From Octopus vulgaris (lineage: Eukaryota): a stretch of 64,000 nucleotides of DNA. The position numbers and the translations under genes are program-made. The notes under the pieces are model-generated. The model made no database searches. It had not been told where the DNA came from and saw nothing but the letters and a program-made list of their open reading frames with translations. Positions 40,511-53,889 of this stretch are shown one piece after another. The stretch covers positions 21,948,001 through 22,012,000 of the forward strand of contig OX597819.1 in assembly GCA_951406725.2 (NCBI GenBank). The letters run 5' to 3'. The number at the start of each line of letters is the position of its first letter. Position 1 is the stretch's first letter.

Positions 40511-41191
40511 TTTAGCAGGCTGGAGTCTGTATATGTTTGCACGTGTGTGTGTGAGTGATTCGTATTTGTCAGGGTGCTGTGTGTGTGCGCCTGTGTGTAT
40601 GTATGTGTATATGTGTTTGTTTGTTCGTGTGTATGTGTACATCTGTGTGTGTGCGTGTGTGTGTTTGTGGGTGTTGTGTTGGACAGGGTAGTGTGTGCGT
40701 GTACGTAAGTATATATGTGTGTGTCTGTGTATGCTTGTAGTGTTATTCTTGTCCTGTGGTGTTGTGTGTGTGTGTGCATACGTATGTGTGTGGAGGTGCA
40801 TTGTATGCGTGTGAGTGTATTGTATTAGACAGAGGCTGTGAATGTGTGTCCGTGTGTGTTACGTTTATGTGTGTCCGTGTGTGTTACGTTTATCAGGGTA
40901 GTGTGCATGTGTGTGCGTGTACGTACTGGGTACGCGTTTGTGTGTGTGAGTGTATCTTGTAATTGTCGGGGTGGAGTGTGTGTGTGTATATATATATATA
41001 TACTCCGATATCCGAAACTCGGAGTTTTATTATGGCAACCGAATAATTGTCACATATTACAAATATATGTATATGTATGTATGTATTATATATGTGTATA
41101 TATATGTATGTATTATACATATATGTGTGTGTGTGCGCGCATTTATGTATATGTATAGCTGCCAAAATTGACCGCTAGTTCCAAAAGTTTT

Positions 41192-41330
41192 TTATTCTCT
41201 CTCTGTTTATTTCCTCGTGTCCCTTTCTGTTGAAGACTTTCTCACCTTCCCAAGCGTGAAACTAATATACCTGTTTCCTGTTTATACACCTGTCTTCGTC
41301 TTTTGTTTTTTTTTGTAAATTGGAAGTATA
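41192..41330 (+). mobile_element. Mini-element copy with the hammerhead centre deleted, followed by (TA)n
   Basis: Colinear with 21131-21275 but reads CTTTCTGTTGAAGACTTTCTC. Confidence 0.65.
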
Positions 41331-41340
41331 ATATATATAT

Positions 41341-41421
<81 letters not shown>

Positions 41422-41443
41422 AATCTATATATACATATTATAC

Positions 41444-41494
<51 letters not shown>

Positions 41495-41512
41495 AATCTA
41501 TATATACATATT

Positions 41513-41602
<90 letters not shown>

Positions 41603-42513
41603 TGTTACCGTTGAAGTACGGTCAACAAAGAAGTATTCCATCCAGTGAGAGATAATAATCATTTAATACATACAATATAGAATTACGAGATATTAATAGT
41701 TTCTTGCAGTGAAGACACGTTTCTAGGCAGGTTTCTATCACATGCCTCGTGTCTCCAGGCAATGCTCAGGCTGACGATTGCTTGGAGACTCAAGTAGTGT
41801 TATAAAACCTGTCTAAACCTTCATCTCTAACGCAAGAGATCATTGGTAGATTTCATCTTTATACTCTCTGCATTAGTATAAAATAATAAAGCCAGCGAAT
41901 TATCGTTACCTGTCGTTAAGAGTGATTAGCCTTTCCTCGAAATGGTGTGTAGATTTTCTGCAGAAATTGTTGAACTCCATACGTTTAAACAATGAAGCTA
42001 ATGCTGTCTTAACTCATAAATTATACTGCAGCATGCCACCATTTTACAGTTACATAGACTATGGTATTAAGAATGCGCTGTATTAAGTTGGAAACTAGCA
42101 TACGAACCCGTTAAACTTCCGCTGGATGCGGAGTTCCCTATCCGTCCTGCCATCATATACACTTAGCACACAGATATTTACGCAATATTTGTGTACCTGT
42201 GTGCATCATATGCACACACACACACACACTCACGCACAGGTACACACATACACACAGACTCACACACACACATGTATATGTGCATGTATGGATTTATCTA
42301 AATAAGCATGTATAATGAATATGCATTTATGTATATGTGTGTGTGTGCGTGTGTGTATAATACAGTATGTATGTAAAATATGTGTATGGATGCATATATA
42401 CAAATAACTAAAAAGACATGTATATAAACACACACACATATATATATATACATATATATATATACATATATATATATACATGTGTGTATAGCGATGTGTA
42501 TATTTATATATAC

Positions 42514-42554
<41 letters not shown>

Positions 42555-42990
42555 ATGTATGTATGTATTTATGTATGTATGTATGTATGTGTGTGTGTCC
42601 CCAATAATCATTATCTATCAATAAATGTTATTTTTCTTTTAATTAATGTTTCATGTTTCGTCATTATTTAAAGTATTTATGCATTTTTTCTTTTCCTCTT
42701 TTAATCGCTTATATTCGGAAATTTATTGATTGCTCATTGTTATTGTAGTTGTTGTGGCTTTTTTGCTTTGTTTTCGTTTCGTTTCGTTTTGTTTGGGTTT
42801 TTTTACATTAAATTTAAAGTTGTTATTGTTTGCGATTTGTTTTACCTTTTTTATATTTCTATTGTCAATTTTTACACATGACGAGAATCCATCTTCAATT
42901 TCGCTGCTTTAACACAGATTTCACGAGATACTTTATTTCAAGTTACCATAAAATTTTCCAATACTTAATTCTTTTTCTTGTACATCATTT

Positions 42991-43052
<62 letters not shown>

Positions 43053-44169
43053 TTTTATTTTGTTTTCAGCCTACTCATGGGAATGGAGCAAATTTCCATG
43101 TTGTGAAAATACAGAGAAAAAAATACGAAACTAAAGGAAAAAATACGAAAGGAAAATATAATTATACTGAAGGCGTCCTAGCAAAAAGCAGACGACATTT
43201 CCTTGCTCCTTTCTTTACAGATTTGATTTATTTATTTACTAATTTCTTTCTTTACTCTTTCATTCTATTTCTTCTCCCATCAATCAGCTTTATTTTATCA
43301 ATTAAATTCTTTTGTTATTTTTCCTTCTACATTTCTTTGCTATGTTGGTTTGTTTATGTTTTCTTCACATTCTTTTTTTTTTTTTGTATTTCCTTTCTTT
43401 TTTATGCACTTTATGTTTCCTTCCTTCACAGGGGAAGAAGAATAAAAAGAAAACCAAAAAGAATCTAAGGAAAGAAAAAAAAAACAGTTCTTAGCTAAAT
43501 GGATTCTGATTCGTTACATCTAGAACGACAGAAAAATACCACTACAATCCGCATTGATTTCCTTCCTTTCTTCCGTTTAATGTTTCCTATGCAAGTTGGG
43601 AATGTGTTAGTTACAAATTTCCTCTACATCCTACTTCTTCTCCTCTTCTTTCCCCACCCCCTTCCCCCTCTTCCTCCTACTATATCTCCTCCTCATCCTC
43701 TTCATCCTTCAACCACTTCCTCATCCAACCTTCTCTTGATAAATACACGAAACATATTCGATGCTTGAAAATATTTTCCACGTTTAAGAAGCACAACTGG
43801 GAGTTATGGCGGAATTGAAGCACGCGCACACACACAGCAATCCAATTATATTGTTTAGCCCGTCCTTATCTGTATATTTGTTCATTATATTATGTTTAAG
43901 GGAGAGAAAAAATACAAGTTTGAAATAAAATAAAGAATGAACAGCCGGTTTGCTGCCATCCGTTCATGCAGTCGGCTTTATAATATTTGCTCAAAGAAAT
44001 TCGCATGTTCTCATGTTGACATTAATATACATCATTTTATGAGTAAACAAATGAATATCGAAATAGGATAAAATGTACAAGAATCTGTAGTCATAAGGAT
44101 ATAATAAAATATATCTCTATATATTTTGTAGATGCATAAATATATATATTATAATATATTTCTCTAATT

Positions 44170-44715
44170 TATATATATATATACGTATATATATACATAT
44201 ATATATATATATACGTATATATATATACATATATATATATATACGTATATATATACATATATATATATATACGTATACATATATATACGTATATATATAT
44301 ATACATATATACGTATATACAAATACGTATATATATATACATATATACGTATATACAAATACGTATATATATATATATATACATATATACGTATATATAT
44401 ATATATACATATATACGTATATATATATATATACATATATACGTATATATATATATACGTATATATATATACATATATACGTATATACAAATACGTATAT
44501 ATATATATACCTATATATATATACATATATACGTATATACGTATTTACATATATACATATACATATATACGTATATACATATATATATATATATATACGT
44601 ATATACGTATATGTATATATATATATATACATATATGCATATATATACATATATGCATATATATATACATATATATATGTATATATACATATATATGTAT
44701 ACTTATATACATATG
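44170..44715. repeat. TA-derived minisatellite with periodic C and CG interruptions
   Basis: Repeating (TA)n-CATATATACG units; the ATACAAATACG variant occurs three times. Confidence 0.9.
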
Positions 44716-44900
44716 TGTATGTTAGTGTGTGTGGGTGTGTATGTATATGCATATACAAACGAAAAATAAAAAACGATCTTTACGCGTGTGTGTGTGTCAG
44801 TACTTATATATTATTTGTTACAATTAAATACACACACACTCATAGATATGTAAATAAGAGTTATAAATTATGTAATGTATATACATATGATTGCCTGCAA

Positions 44901-44952
<52 letters not shown>

Positions 44953-45088
44953 CCGTTTACATATATGATGTAGATCAACATATGCGTTTCCTATGAATTA
45001 TATAAATGTGTGTGTATCATGTATTTTGCATGCATATATGAATATATACACACACATCCACTCACACACGTGTGTGTTTATGTGTATA

Positions 45089-45285
45089 CAGGGTAAGTCA
45101 AAAGCACTGCAAGGTTTTTTTATTCGTCTTATAGCACAATAAAAGAAATATGCAATTGAAAATATTCCATTAAAACAGAGCCATTAAAATGATGTTTGTT
45201 ACAACATTACATTGAGTGTTCAATGAAGCTTCCTCCTTGTATCAAACCATTCATTGCAATGTCGAAATTATAAACAGCATTACTA
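45089..45285 (-). mobile_element. Possible Tc1/mariner terminal fragment
   Basis: TA followed by a CAGGGTAAGTCAAAA terminus; minus strand reads GGSFIEHSM-stop, like a transposase C-terminus. Confidence 0.4.
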
Positions 45286-45308
45286 TCACATAATTATGTA
45301 CATGAAGT

Positions 45309-45415
<107 letters not shown>

Positions 45416-45577
45416 TTGTACATACAGATAAATATATATTTAAACACACAAATACACACATATTCATAAAAAACACATGAACACACTCTCACAAGCATGC
45501 ACACACGCTTATGTAAATACATATATATGTGTATATGTACAAACTGTATATATGCATGCATATAATGTTTCTATATC

Positions 45578-45740
45578 GGCGCAGGTGTGGCCGTGTGGTA
45601 AGAAGCTTGCTTCCCAACCACATGGTTCCGAGTTCTGTTCCATTGCGTGGCACCTTTGGCAAGTGTCCTCTACTATAGCTTCGGGCCAATCAAAGCTTTG
45701 TCAAAGGATTTGATAAACGGAAACTGAAAGAAGCTTTTTG
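45578..45740 (+). mobile_element. SINE family B 5' half
   Basis: GGCGCAGGTGTGGCCGTGTGGTAAGAAGCTTGCTTCCCAACCACATGG...GGCAAGTGTC...GGAAACTGAAAGAAGC. Confidence 0.85.
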
Positions 45741-46029
45741 CATATAAGAAGGAAGCTTGATTACGTGTTCATTTCTCTTTTTGTCATCCTCAATTTTGAT
45801 CTTCTACATAAATACGTGTGAGTGCGTGTTTCTGTGTGTGTGTCTGTGTGTGTATGTGTGTGTGTGTGTGTGTGTATGTGTGTGTGTGTGCTCATGTTGA
45901 GTTATGCGTAATAAGAACAATCTAACATTAAATTGAAGTAGTACTTTTTTTTGCAAAATGCATGTTTACAATTTTGCAAGAAGAGAGCTGACAGTAATTT
46001 CGATTTACACCCTGTTGCCTTCATACATA

Positions 46030-47065
46030 CATGCATGCATACATACATACATAGAAGACTATGCATGGATATGTTAGTAGAAAGCTCCGTGATGCTAGCA
46101 AAATCGATCATGAAAGCAGTTTATCATGGACCAATAGCCGGATTACTACCTCCCACTTTGAAGAGTATGCGTTTGCAATCTAGGAACTGGAAATATCAAC
46201 AAAGTGCCTGATGCACAAAAGGGATAGAGATGCAGGAAAAGCAGTAGAATGTGACAACCTATGCAGACTTTGTGGAGTTCACACTGAAGCTATCCCCCAC
46301 ATCATAAGCCGTTGTCCGAAGATATCATCATGGTATCATCTACTGATGAGACACGACGTTGCAGCTAGGACACTCTATAATGAAATCCGTCGAAAGGATA
46401 ATCCCAAGAATAAAGAAATAAGAACCCACAATATGGTAGAAACCGTAGCCACTCATTGTAAAAACGAATACTGGTGGAATGTACAATTGAAGACCTTAAT
46501 AAGATATAAGCACAACAGGCTTAATATAAGGATTTGGGATAGAGAAGAGAAATGGTGTATATCTGTGGATATTAGCTGCCCAGCGGATGTTAACATAAAG
46601 CTGAAGATCAGTGAAAAAGAGAATACCCACGCTGAACCATTGAGAAATCTGCAGGTACTTTATCCAGACTACAGGTTTAGGTTTATACCTGTAATTATTG
46701 GGGCCCTGAAACCAGAAAGGAGAAAGCTAATTCGAAGACTACAGATCCACATCCATCACTGGAACTGTAAAAGTCTGTAAAACTTTCCAGAAGTTTATCA
46801 TTGAAATATATGTGGGCATGTCTAGATATGTAACTATATGCACGAGAATACAATAACCATACAAATCTACACACATGCATACATACAAGCATGCATGCAT
46901 GCATACATACATACAAACATATATACATACAAACAAACATGCATGCATGCATACAAATAAACAAAAGTATCCTGTTGTTTATGTTGAAATGCCAATGAAG
47001 GAGCCTTGGATCTAGAGTAGAAACCGGTTCTTTATTGGCAAGAAATCTTGATATAAACTGAATGA
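46030..47065 (+). mobile_element. R4/Dong-like RLE LINE 3' end with 3' UTR
   Basis: ORF 46211-46780 has CRLCGVHTEAIPHIISRC (CCHC), RHDVAAR, WWN, NRLNIRIWD and DISCPADVNI..EKE..Y/H..L..LYPDYRF..VIIGAL; a terminal stem-loop lies near 46989-47040. Confidence 0.87.
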
Positions 47066-48009
47066 TGCCATACACACATACGCCCGCACAAACACACACA
47101 AACACACTTCTGCATAGTTTCCCATCTATCAAATTTTTGACCAATAGAAGTATCGGTTATCTAATAGCGCAATGGTAGGACACTTACTCTTAATGAAGGG
47201 GCAAGTAGAATTGAACCTGAAGCCACGTCGTTAAAAGACCAACTTCTCATACTGCTTGATTTCATTTTCGAAAACACGAGAAAAGCAAAAACACTTATTA
47301 TTTGTGGGGTTTGGGTTTATTTTGTTTTCTTTTTGGTTGAAAGACTTGACTTAACAAAATTTTGTGATTCTATTTTGGGCTTTTAAAGCTGTTATAGTTT
47401 TTTTTCTTTTTTAGATAGGACTGTTATTCTGTTTTTAAAGATCTTTTAAGCTGATTTACTAACCTGGATAATGTTGCAATATTTAGAAATGGAAGCTGAG
47501 AGAAAAAAAAGAAGCTTAAAAGATTAGATATTGACTGAAAAGCACCACCTATGATGGAAAGCACGAACTACTTCCGCAACAGGGATCATTACAGACGGTT
47601 GTCATATTTAACTCCTTTAGTGAAATACCGACCAGCATAAAATATTAAAATATATAGAAATGTACTCGAAACGGTGTCCGGTTTCGTTGGGAGAATTTTT
47701 TTCTCCATTTCCTCTTATTTCTTCTATTTATTTCTTTTAGATTTTTCCTTCATTTCATGCAGTCTATTATTTTTTTTTAACAATTATTCGTTGCTTTTAT
47801 CTCCAAAGATATTCTTTGGCGGGTTTTATATTTGTTGTTGTTGTTGTCATTATCGAAGTCTTTGCACAGTATCCAAAATTGTGATTTGTAGATTGAAAAC
47901 AATATGTGCACCGTCTGTCAAGTCACAGCAGGACGGTACTTTTACGCAGTATGCGTGCAGTTACAAGTAGAGCTGATTTTTGCAATACAGCAAAATTGTA
48001 GGGTATTTT

Positions 48010-49585
48010 TAAAGCCTACAAGTTAGGTAGTATCGAACCCACCGCTTCGATGACAACAGGAACAAGCTTTATGTTTGACTCTCGCAACAGCCACATCTTG
48101 GCGATCTCAATTCTCATGTCTCCATATTTATCAACCTTTTTCTTTTTCTTCCATGATAATATGTTGATCTCCCAGCACTTGTTCGTCCATTATTAGACAC
48201 TCTTGTTAGTCCTTCCTACGCAATACTATATACGGCCTTCAGTAATCTAATACCTTGTCTGTCTGAAAGTCAAAGGTCCAGAGGAGCTTTTCCTTCCCGT
48301 ATTCATCCATTACATTTCCAGTGTATGTTGGTATCAAGCACCCGTTAACTTCTAACCGTACTTCAGTGAACGTTTTGAGTTTCACTCTCGTGCCTGCGCT
48401 TGTACTCTTTCTGAGCAAGCACCAACAATTTGAGTCACACTTTCGACCTTCTTTCCACATATTCTGCAGAGGTTCGTTGCACTTATGTGCTATATACCCC
48501 TTTTCACTGAGTTGGTATTCAATGCCTGATCCTGGGCAGCGATGATTACGCTTTCAGAATTCATTTTTAGGTCTCCCTTGCTGAGCCACCTCCATGATGC
48601 ATCCTGGTCTTTTTGTTAGTTTCACGGTGGAACTGACCATACGGAGAAGACTTTCCATACGGAGAAGACTTTCTTCTCTTTCGTTGGTTATTCCTGATCG
48701 GAATTCATTAGCACTCTCAATTCCATTGTTGGTAAATCTTCTGCATTAGCAACACACTGTAGCAGATCTTCTTCGCTGTTTACCAAATAGTCTGACATGT
48801 TTCTTCTTCCACTGTTGATACACTCACGTACACTAATCAGGCCACTTCATGTACAACATGTGTACGTTAGCCTCAACGGCAGGACACAATATCTTGTCGT
48901 CGTCTTTCGGGTAGTGCCATCGAGTCGGTCAATCTTCGCTCGTGTCCATTTCGAAATGGAAGCACTGAAGACGGCTACAGCAACAGTCCATGTGTTGATG
49001 GAGGTCACAACGTTTCTTGTGTTGATTTTTGACTTCAAGAGAAGTTTGGGGTGCTTCAAATATGTATTGGTGACCTTGACTTTCATTTCTCTGCGAAAGA
49101 CACTACTCATCATCAGAATACCAAGGTACTTGTACCCATCATCATCCGGGTCTTCGATTCGCTCTTCGTTTGGCATCTCTATGCCCTTACAATCTGCTCT
49201 TTTCCCCTGCTTCAAAGTGAGCACTGCACACTTTGAGATCCTGAATTCCATCCCTATACCCTTGCTCCCGTTTTCGTCTCATTTCCAGTTATTCATTACA
49301 ATCTTGACTATCACGATGTGGTCCTTGGTGGCCATGGATCCCTTTCGGCATCCCTACGAGGATGCCTCTTAACACTTTCCATAGGATGTGAAGAAACGTG
49401 ATGAGTCGGTAATTGAGAACCTCATTGGCTTTTGCTCGATCTTTCATCAGTATTGTCTTCTCTTCTACAATCAATTCTGGAATTGCACCACTCTGTAGGC
49501 AATTGTCTAATTGCAACCCAATTTGCTTGCGGGTTGACCTTAAGCACTTGAGCGAGTAGTCTTAGATTCCGTCTGGCCCTGCCGC
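48010..49585 (-). mobile_element. R4/Dong-clade non-LTR retrotransposon relic (RT, thumb and RLE parts, internally deleted)
   Basis: NYRLITFL..LWKVL, MEF.ISKCAVLTLKQGK, YKYLGI, LKSKINTRN..SINTW, RGLISV and LLW.FDFQTDKVL..RP.IV. Confidence 0.82.
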
Positions 49586-49589
49586 CAAC

Positions 49590-50415
49590 AACCTAAGCTG
49601 CCACCCTCCTGCTCGAAAGCCTGTCCTCATCGCCCGTCACCGTCAGGTACGACTACAATGTGCTACACCGTACCGACATTGACGGCATAAACAATGGAGG
49701 TCGATAGTCTTCTCTGACGGTATCCGGTGCTAAGTTTCCATCTCGGATGAGAGATGCGTAGCCTGGCCAAAACATCATGGTTTGGGTGCTATAGGTCTGA
49801 ATCAGAGAATTGGGTCCCATGTGCCCCCAAAATGCTGGTGCAGGCAGAGGAAATGGCATCACAGCGCATCGCTACGTTGACCAGATCCTAAGACCTCATA
49901 TCGTGCCCTTCTCTGTGCGTCACCATAGCCAGGTGTTCCTGCAGGGCAATGCTCCCGTCAACGCGGCCAGAGTCACGATGGACTTCATGCGTCAGCGCAA
50001 CATCAAAACTATGCCGTGACCGGATTTAAACCCGGACTTTAACCCAATCGAACACCTGTTGGATGAAATCCAGAGACAACTGAACCTGGTGGTCCCAAGG
50101 CTGACAACTCATGTGGAACTGGAGGCAGCTTTCACCAGGGTCTTGGCACAGGTGCCAATGGCTTTTGTGAAACAACCTCATGTACTCCATGTACTGACGG
50201 TGTCTGGCCATTTTGAAGATCCGTGGAGGGCATACATGGTATTGAACATGTCACGCTCTACAGTCTCGATGTATTGGATCGGCACACTACCAGAAAACAT
50301 GACAATGACCCATAGAATGTGGTCAAAGAGCATCCAGAAAACTTTATCTCTGACATAATGAAATTAAAACATATTTCAAGGTCACACACGTCTCACGTTT
50401 TTTGCGGTCCAGTGT
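49590..50415 (+). mobile_element. Tc1-like (DD34E) DNA transposon relic, 3' half with terminus
   Basis: RKPVL..RH..RL, ITAHRYVDQILRPHIVPF, FLQGNAP and PDFNPIEHL; ends TTTTTTGCGGTCCAGTG. Confidence 0.85.
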
Positions 50416-50442
50416 GTGTGTGTGTGTGTATATTTATATATA

Positions 50443-50473
<31 letters not shown>

Positions 50474-50482
50474 ATATATACC

Positions 50483-50514
<32 letters not shown>

Positions 50515-50520
50515 CATACA

Positions 50521-50740
50521 TACTCTTACTCTTTACTCTTTTACTTGTTTCAGTCATTTGACTGTGGCCATGCTGGAACACCGCCTTTAGTCGAGCAAAT
50601 CGACCCCAGGACTTATTCTTTGTAAGCCCAGTACTTATTCTATCGATCTCTTTTGCCGAACCGCTAAGTGACGGGGACGTAAACACACCAGCATCGGTTG
50701 TCAAGCAATGCTAGGGGGACAAACACAGACACACAAATAT

Positions 50741-50745
<5 letters not shown>
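50521..50745 (-). mobile_element. SINE family B, young 3' half
   Basis: Near-identical to 56699-56910, with a (TACTCTT)n-like tail. Confidence 0.9.
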
Positions 50746-50773
<28 letters not shown>

Positions 50774-51007
50774 CATATATATATACATATATATACATAT
50801 ATACACACATATATATTGTGTGTGTCTACATAGAGATATCCATTAATATTAATACACATATGTCCATATGCATATATATATACATACACACACACATACT
50901 CATACATATATACATACTACATACTTACATGCATGCACGCAAACACATACGTGCATATAAATATACAGCTACATATATAAATACATAAAGATAAGCACAT
51001 ATACACA

Positions 51008-51058
<51 letters not shown>

Positions 51059-51475
51059 CATATATTTGTGTGTGTCTGTGTGTGTGCAGGGGGTTTATAC
51101 ACCATACAAGAATCCGCCATTTTCAACCTGAAATCTTCCATTAAAACTTTAGAACATTCTCAAAGCTCAACAAATTATCCAATTTACCAAATTCTGGAAG
51201 CTGTTCCATCAAATATCTTTTGTTTTCATTTTATTTTTAGATCGAATTCACTCTTACCTTGTCATCGATAATTTATTGTTTATTTCTGATTTTTTTTTTG
51301 TCGCGTATATCTTTTCAATTTTCTGTTTTATTTTTTTATTTATATATTTTGCTTTCACTTTCAATCACGATTATGTGTCTCACCCTTCATTCACGTAGTA
51401 TGTGTGTGTGTGTATGTGTGTGTGTGTAATGTAGTGTGAAGAGTGAGAGAGACGAAACGGGACAGACTGACAGAG

Positions 51476-51483
51476 ATAGATAT

Positions 51484-51552
<69 letters not shown>

Positions 51553-51555
51553 CAC
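51476..51555. repeat. (GATA)n tetranucleotide microsatellite
   Basis: Read directly. Confidence 0.95.
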
Positions 51556-51817
51556 ATAGACAGACAGAAAGATAGAAGAGAGAAGGACAGAGTGGGAAAT
51601 ATATATATATATGTATTTATATTTTTATTTGTTTATATGTGATTGCGTGATTTTCTGTCTTTTTATTGAACTTTATGCATGCGTATAGATATATATATAT
51701 ACATGATATAATGTGTATATCTAAGCGTATAGGTGTATATATTAACATATACATACATACTAAAGTAATTTATATCTAAATGTTTATATATACATGCATA
51801 CATATATATATATATAT

Positions 51818-51860
<43 letters not shown>

Positions 51861-52376
51861 TATATGGAGAGAAAGAGAGGGAGAGTGAGAAAAAAGTGGC
51901 ATATAAAGAGGGGTATATAAATGCACATGCAAATGTGTAGAGAGATAAATATATGCATCTTCCTTTCATTCTCTCTCTCACTCTCTATCTACCTACACAC
52001 GCACACACATACACTCACATATATATATATATAGGTTGATTGATAGATAAATAAATAGATACGTGTATACACACACACACACACACATATATATATGTGT
52101 GTGTGTGTATATATACATATATATTGTCCTATCTATTATGCATTATTTATCTTATATGCGTGTGTGTAATGATATATTTAGCTACGCACGTGTTTGTGTG
52201 TATGTGTGTGTGTGCGTGTGTGTGTGAATGTGTGTCTCTGTGTCTGCTTACGTGCATGAGTGGTGTACCCAAAATGTCTGCATATCTGTTTGTATATCTA
52301 ACCATCTCACTTTTTTTTACCAATTCCCACCGCTATGTCTTTCTTTCTTTCAATGACCCTCTTGCCGTCTTATATC

Positions 52377-52432
<56 letters not shown>

Positions 52433-53212
52433 TAAAGTTCTTTCATATCTTATCTCCCTCCCTTCCTTTTTTCTCTCTACCTCTACATATACACCCGCGC
52501 ACGTACGTACACATAGTCTATAACACTCTACTAGAATTTTTCTCATATTTATTGTTGTGAACTTTTTTCTTTCGCTTTCAATAGTTCTATACATTAGTCA
52601 CCTTTGATCCACGTGACTGATATTTCGTATAAAACACTTTATACTTGAGATCAATTGCCAACCAAAAATAGACTGACATAATAGTAAATATGTGTTGGTT
52701 AGTTTGTAATTCAACACTGATGGAAAGCAGTGCTGGTGTCTACATCTGGAATGGAGAACAAATGGCGCCAATTGAGACATCATAAAACTCTTTGTTTTTC
52801 CGCAAGTTCGATTTTCATGTTAAAAATCATAATTTGCACACCGCTCTGCTGGAGAAGAATTATTCCTCTTTATTTAGTCGTTTTTATGGCTAAAATAAAT
52901 TCAAGTCAGAATTGACTGCAGACTACCGCATGAATGGCTGGATCGAAATTTCGCTAGTTCGTACCCCAGCATCACCTTAACGCTGCATAAACGAGTAAAA
53001 CGCTGGTTCATTTGTCTTCTCTGCCGTTACATTGGTCACTAAGGAGTGAGAAGCTGCTGAAAATATGAACCAGATATCCTTCGCATCATATCCTACCATC
53101 TCAAACAAATTAAATAAAAATTGTAATCATAAATTTAGAAAAATATAGGTCGGCCGCGGTTGGAACGTCAGTGATCATAGTTCTAGCCAACTAAACTTGT
53201 TCAGATCTGGGA

Positions 53213-53599
53213 TTTGGAAGCACTTCGTCGGTTACGACGACGAGGGTTCCGGTTGATCCGAATCAACGGAACAGCCTACTCGTGAAATTAACGTGTAAGT
53301 GGCTGAGCACTCCACAGACACGTGTACCCTTAACGTAGTTCTCGGGGATATTCAGCGTGACACAAAGAGTGACAAGGCCGGCCCTTTGAAATACAGGTAC
53401 AACAGAAACAGGAAGTAAGAGTGAGAGAAAGTTGTGGTGAAAGAGTACAGCAGGGATCACCACCATCCCCTGCCGGAGCCGCGTGGAGCTTTTTAGGTGT
53501 TTTCGCTCAATAAACACTCACAACGCCCGGTCTGGGAATCGAAACTGCGATCATATGACCGCGAGTCCGCTGCCCTAACCACTGGGCCATTGCTCCTCC
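53213..53599 (-). mobile_element. Full-length tRNA-derived SINE (family E)
   Basis: Minus-strand head GGAGGAGCAATGGCCCAGTGGTTAGGGC, B-box TTCGATTCCC, and an 11-bp TSD CAGATCTGGGA at 53202-53212 and 53600-53610. Confidence 0.92.
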
Positions 53600-53889
53600 C
53601 AGATCTGGGACTACCAATAACAGAAACCAAACTACCGACGATGTTTCGACATTGTCACCGATTTGGCAGACGTCAATACTAGTCAACATCTAATTTGCCC
53701 CTACAAGCTCATGTGCGTATCGGATTCATTTATCAAGGGATAGCATTCACTGAGGAGACGTAACGATGTCTTTTTACACAGGTGTATCACGTGTGGTGTA
53801 AAGAGAGATACCGATCTCTGATGTCGAATAACAACAGCGATCAGATTATTCAGGTTCGAATCTGCCACAAAATATTAAGAATGAACAAA

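Noticed and set aside
48637-48672. Exact 18-bp tandem duplication CCATACGGAGAAGACTTT
   Set aside because: An ordinary slippage duplication inside a dead LINE.
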